This document shows positions 60,140 to 64,000 of a stretch of DNA of 64,000 nt, one piece after another. Both the position numbers and the translations under genes were made by a program. Under the pieces are notes generated by a model. It had not been told where the DNA came from. It ran no database searches and worked only from the letters and a program-made list of their open reading frames with translations. This DNA comes from Cyanobacteria bacterium P01_A01_bin.123 (lineage in GTDB: Bacteria; Cyanobacteriota; Cyanobacteriia; Phormidesmidales; Phormidesmidaceae). The stretch lies in contig JBCBZT010000026.1 in NCBI GenBank assembly GCA_039815185.1, positions 32,001 through 96,000 on the forward strand, read 5' to 3'. How positions within the stretch are numbered: position 1 is the stretch's first letter; each line of letters opens with the position of its first letter.

Positions 60140-60796
60140 ATGGTCTCGACATCGGACGATTTTAATTACCAAGAGCCGATGGAAGAACCGGTTCATGATT
60201 CAGGAGAAGAGGGAGAAGTCAAATTTTCTATCTCCCAAGCTCGTTGGTATGCTGTACAGGTTGCTTCCGGATGTGAAAAGCGGGTCAAGTTAAATCTGGA
60301 ACAACGCATTATCACCTTAGATGTTGCCGACCGTTTCTTCGACATTGAAATTCCCCAGACTCCTGCGGTCAAGCTCAAAAAGGATGGCAGTCGCCAAAAT
60401 ATTGACGAAAAAGTCTTTCCAGGTTACGTCCTGATTCGCATGGTGATGGATGATGACGCCTGGCTTGTGGTCAAAGACACGCCCCATGTAATCAACTTTG
60501 TCGGTGCCGAACAGCGGCGACACTATGGACGCGGACGCGGGCACGTTAAGCCAATGCCCTTGAGCCATGCTGAAGTTGAGCGCATCTTTAAGCAGACTCA
60601 AGAGCAAAAGCCTGTGGTGAAAGTAGATATGGCTACAGGCGATAAGATAACGGTTTTGTCTGGGCCATTCAAAGATTTTGAGGGCGAGGTGATCGAAGTC
60701 AGCCCAGAGCGCAGCAAGCTCAAAGCACTTCTGTCCATCTTCGGACGAGACACCCCTGTCGAATTGGAATTTAATCAAGTGCAAAAAGAGAGTTAA
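60140..60796 (+). CDS. nusG: Transcription termination/antitermination factor NusG
   Basis: WYAVQVASGCE, FPGYVL, GPFKDFEG, IFGRDTPVEL. Confidence 0.98.
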   Translation: MVSTSDDFNYQEPMEEPVHDSGEEGEVKFSISQARWYAVQVASGCEKRVKLNLEQRIITLDVADRFFDIEIPQTPAVKLKKDGSRQNIDEKVFPGYVLIRMVMDDDAWLVVKDTPHVINFVGAEQRRHYGRGRGHVKPMPLSHAEVERIFKQTQEQKPVVKVDMATGDKITVLSGPFKDFEGEVIEVSPERSKLKALLSIFGRDTPVELEFNQVQKES

Positions 60797-60799
60797 TCG

Positions 60800-61225
60800 A
60801 TGGCGAAAAAGGTCGTTTCCATTATCAAGTTAGCAATCCCTGCCGGGAAGGCTAACCCAGCGCCTCCCATTGGTCCTGCCTTGGGTCAGCACGGCGTTAA
60901 CATCATGATGTTCTGCAAAGAATACAATGCCAGAACTGCCGAGCAAGTTGGGCTTGTGGTTCCTGTTGAAATTTCAGTCTTTGAAGACCGGAGTTTCACC
61001 TTCATTCTCAAAACACCGCCCGCTTCTGTCTTAATTAAGAAAGCCGCAGGCATCGAGAAAGGATCAGGAGAACCCAACCGAACAAAGGTGGCTTCGATTA
61101 CCCGCGCCCAACTCCAAGACATTGCCCAAACCAAAATGCCTGACCTCAATGCCAACGATATTGACGCTGCCATGCGAATCGTAGAAGGTACCGCTCGCAA
61201 CATGGGCGTGACTATCGCCGATTAA
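60800..61225 (+). CDS. rplK: 50S ribosomal protein L11
   Basis: [26 protein letters not shown]. Confidence 0.98.
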   Translation: MAKKVVSIIKLAIPAGKANPAPPIGPALGQHGVNIMMFCKEYNARTAEQVGLVVPVEISVFEDRSFTFILKTPPASVLIKKAAGIEKGSGEPNRTKVASITRAQLQDIAQTKMPDLNANDIDAAMRIVEGTARNMGVTIAD

Positions 61226-61283
61226 TGCGATGGTTGAATTAGGTTAGCCCTCTTTGTTCAAACGTTTCGTTGTATTGTTTATC

Positions 61284-61311
61284 GGGGGAGAAGCCTCGCT
61301 TCGCAATGACC
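61284..61311 (+). promoter_or_regulatory. Possible L1 autoregulatory mRNA site before rplA
   Basis: GGGGGAG-AAGC..GCTT..GACCCC hairpin next to the RBS, resembling L1-binding sites. Confidence 0.4.
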
Positions 61312-61324
61312 CCAAGGAGTAACC

Positions 61325-62041
61325 ATGGCTAAGAAAGTATCCCGTCGATTACAGGCCTTACTTGATAAGGTCGAAGATCGGCTCTATGAACCTCAAGAAG
61401 CATTGGGATTACTCAGGGAGACCGCAACCGCAAAGTTTCCCGAGTCCGCAGAGGCCCATATTCGCTTGGGAATAGATCCCAAATACACCGACCAACAGCT
61501 TAGAACCACAGTCATCTTGCCAAAAGGTACCGGGCAAACTATTCGGGTTGCCGTGATCGCTCGGGGTGAAAAAGTCACTGAGGCTACCAATGCTGGGGCC
61601 GATATGGCGGGTTCTGAAGAACTGATTGAAGATATTCAAAAGGGGATGATGGATTTTGATGTCCTGATTGCGACTCCAGATATGATGCCTAAGGTGGCTA
61701 GGTTAGGTCGTTTACTGGGTCCCCGTGGTTTAATGCCGTCTCCTAAAGGGGGTACAGTCACAGCTGACTTACCGACAGCCATTGAAGAGTTTAAGGCCGG
61801 TAAGTTAGAATTCCGGGCTGACAAAACCGGTATTGTTCATGTTATGTTTGGCAAGGCCAGTTTTGCTTCGGAAGATTTGCTGGTTAACCTTAAGGCATTG
61901 CAAGAGTGCATTGATCGCAATCGTCCTTCAGGCGCGAAAGGTCGATATTGGCGGACTGTTGCCGTCTCTGCCACGATGGGGCCTGCGATTCGCCTAGATG
62001 TCAATGCACTGCGTGATCTAAAGCTAGCTGAGGTGGCTTAG
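61325..62041 (+). CDS. rplA: 50S ribosomal protein L1
   Basis: [24 protein letters not shown]. Confidence 0.98.
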   Translation: MAKKVSRRLQALLDKVEDRLYEPQEALGLLRETATAKFPESAEAHIRLGIDPKYTDQQLRTTVILPKGTGQTIRVAVIARGEKVTEATNAGADMAGSEELIEDIQKGMMDFDVLIATPDMMPKVARLGRLLGPRGLMPSPKGGTVTADLPTAIEEFKAGKLEFRADKTGIVHVMFGKASFASEDLLVNLKALQECIDRNRPSGAKGRYWRTVAVSATMGPAIRLDVNALRDLKLAEVA

Positions 62042-62149
62042 TCACTAGTGACATTTTAGACATCTAGGGAGGATGTTTAACTTAGGTTTTGTTGTTATTC
62101 CGTCATTGATTAAGTACCGCCTATTGACCATTGTTGCAATTTAATAGGC

Positions 62150-62301
62150 TGCCGAAGACAGCAGGTGCGTTTGGTTTGACCCAGATGCTTAACTCCCTGC
62201 CGAGGTCGCACGCCGTAAATTAGCACTTGGGGTTGCCGGTGGCAACTTTAAACGCTTGATGGTTTACGGTAGCGAACCTCGGTAATTAAGCCGGGGTTTT
62301 T
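62150..62301 (+). ncRNA. Ribosomal protein L10 leader
   Basis: CCGAAGACAGCAGG..TTAA..CCTGCCGAGG..CCTCGG..CCGGGGTTTTT upstream of rplJ. Confidence 0.85.
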
Positions 62302-62381
62302 TGCTGCACTGTTTGCTCGTTTGCTCGGCCAATGACCGGATCTAGTTTCAGACCCCAATATTCAAGGAGGTGAGATTCAAA

Positions 62382-62942
62382 ATGGGGAGAACGATTGAAA
62401 ACAAAAAGGAGATTGTCTCAGAACTCAAAACGTTACTGAGCGATGCCCAATTAGCCCTAGTGATTGACTACAAGGGCTTGACCGTGGGAGAGATTACAGA
62501 TTTACGCAATCGGCTACGGGAAAAGGGAACGACTTGTAAGGTCACGAAAAATACCTTGATGCGCATTGCCGTAGAGGGGAATGAGACCTGGCAGCCAATG
62601 ACCGAGTTTCTCAAAGATTCTTCGGCGTTTCTGTTAGTTCAAGATGACCTGGGTGGTGCCATTAAGGCCTATCAAGACTTCCAAAAAGCAACCAAGAAGA
62701 CCGAACTTCGCGGTGGCGTGATGGAGGGTCGGGCCTTAAGTGAAAACGATATTAAAGCGATCACCGATTTGCCCTCCAAGGAGGAGCTGATGGCTCGAAT
62801 TGCAGGGGCAATTCAGGCCAACACGCGCAAATTGGCTGTTGGCATCAATGCTGTCCCGACGAAGTTGGCCGTGGGCATCAAAGAAGTGCCTGCTTCGCTT
62901 ACCCGCGCTATCAAAGCGGTTTCCGAAAAAGAGGGTGCGTAG
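62382..62942 (+). CDS. rplJ: 50S ribosomal protein L10
   Basis: DYKGLTV..LR, KNTL, LPSKEEL. Confidence 0.97.
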   Translation: MGRTIENKKEIVSELKTLLSDAQLALVIDYKGLTVGEITDLRNRLREKGTTCKVTKNTLMRIAVEGNETWQPMTEFLKDSSAFLLVQDDLGGAIKAYQDFQKATKKTELRGGVMEGRALSENDIKAITDLPSKEELMARIAGAIQANTRKLAVGINAVPTKLAVGIKEVPASLTRAIKAVSEKEGA

Positions 62943-62998
62943 TCCCTTTGTTTGCTGTTGATTATTCGTTTATTGCTTTTATCTAACGGAGTGTAACC

Positions 62999-63403
62999 AT
63001 GTCTGCTAAAACTGATGAAATTTTGGAACAGTTGAAGTCTTTGTCTTTGCTAGAGGCTTCTGAATTGGTCAAGCAAATTGAAGATGCCTTTGGTGTCGAT
63101 GCTTCTGCCTCTGCGGGTGGCGGCATGATGATGATGGCACCCGGAATGCCTGCAGGTGGCGGTGCTGAAGCAGAGCCTGAGGAAGAAAAGACTGAATTTG
63201 ACGTTGTACTCGAAGAGTTCCCCTCTGACAAGAAGATTGCTGTCTTGAAGGTTGTGCGTGCTCTGACAGGTCTGGGGCTGAAAGAAGCCAAGGAAATCGT
63301 GGAAGCTGCACCCAAGGCAATTAAAGAAGCAGTTGCCAAAGAAGCTGCAGAAGATGCCAAGAAGCAGCTGGAAGACGCTGGGGCAAAAGTCAGCGTTAAG
63401 TAA
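62999..63403 (+). CDS. rplL: 50S ribosomal protein L7/L12
   Basis: [25 protein letters not shown]. Confidence 0.98.
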   Translation: MSAKTDEILEQLKSLSLLEASELVKQIEDAFGVDASASAGGGMMMMAPGMPAGGGAEAEPEEEKTEFDVVLEEFPSDKKIAVLKVVRALTGLGLKEAKEIVEAAPKAIKEAVAKEAAEDAKKQLEDAGAKVSVK

Positions 63404-63423
63404 GTTCTGTCAAGTTCTGATTC

Positions 63424-63458
63424 AAAGCCCTTGGGTCTATGACGCCAAGGGCTTTTTG
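63424..63458 (+). terminator. Intrinsic terminator after rplL
   Basis: AAAGCCCTTGG..CCAAGGGCTTTTT. Confidence 0.8.
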
Positions 63459-63662
63459 TCTAATCCCACGATGCCAAAACGATGGCGTTATGACGCTTAC
63501 AGCTATGACTCCCGTGGAACACAACCGAACTTATCTGAGGAGTCAGTAACGAACTGAGAAGCTAGTTGAAGAAATGAGGTGTTTACTAATCCTTTTGGAA
63601 GAACAATAGTCTGATGCGGCACTCATGGGAGTTAATAAAGAAAGAGTTAAGTACAAATACTC

Positions 63663-63890
63663 ATGAAATGCATATGTGAATCTCCGCTCTCAATGGCTTT
63701 GGTGCAAGTGCTACCGGAGCGCCTCAAAGCTCATTCATACACCATCATTGGGCTGGCTCAGGAAATCGCTCAAGAATTTGAGTGCCCGCTATGTGAAATC
63801 TTGACACCCATGGGTGAGGCACTCATGGCGTTGGCGGCAGAGCATCAGGTTAGGTTTGACCGGAATCGGAAGCAGATCATGTTGGCCTAA
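63663..63890 (+). CDS. Small hypothetical protein
   Basis: 75-aa ORF with helical, protein-like composition; family not recognised. Confidence 0.55.
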   Translation: MKCICESPLSMALVQVLPERLKAHSYTIIGLAQEIAQEFECPLCEILTPMGEALMALAAEHQVRFDRNRKQIMLA

Positions 63891-64000
63891 GGGAGGGCAA
63901 GCAGTCACTCCCTATCCCAATTTTCGGGTCGCCTGCTTAGGCAGTCAGTTCATTTGCTTACTGGGATTAATGGTATATGGTGTGATGTGAAGCAACGCAT

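Larger units (their letters stand above)
1..64000. repeat. HIP1 octamer GCGATCGC dispersed through most of the window
   Basis: Many copies, e.g. 53, 1502, 2084, three within 7085-7170 and two within 34880-34920. None seen by eye in about 25.4-32.7 kb. Confidence 0.9.

Overview
Cyanobacterial chromosome segment, inferred from the abundant HIP1 octamer GCGATCGC and the gene content (probably a Leptolyngbya/Nodosilinea-like filamentous strain). The left part holds a 5-oxoprolinase that runs off the window edge and is missing from the ORF track, an internally deleted Uma2 remnant, a poly-Asp SLH protein, a vitamin K-dependent gamma-carboxylase-like (HTTM) protein, a secreted Cys-repeat protein, lpxD, a flippase, a serine hydrolase, a peptide ABC binding protein and tldD/pmbA. 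About 18.7-32.7 kb is an AT-richer accessory block. It contains a stand-alone A-T-reductase NRPS-like enzyme with a MATE exporter, then a hybrid kinase, a REC protein, a REC-PP2C phosphatase, Slr1658-like and Slr1659-like proteins and a GGDEF-EAL-GGDEF protein, together resembling a SiaABCD-type partner switch. Next come upp, an unexplained multi-hairpin intergenic region, msrA, a GNAT, a TrtA-like amidase with an ABC ATPase, a membrane-anchored orthocaspase, a glutamine riboswitch with a small DUF4278 gene (also missing from the ORF track), fmt, bioU, the ycf35 cluster, mltA, an antiporter, ABC genes, Pho-box-controlled pstS, TonB-like genes and map. The window ends with the conserved rplS-tRNA-Trp-secE-nusG-rplK-rplA-rplJ-rplL cluster. 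All family assignments come from motif recognition by eye; no database searches were run.
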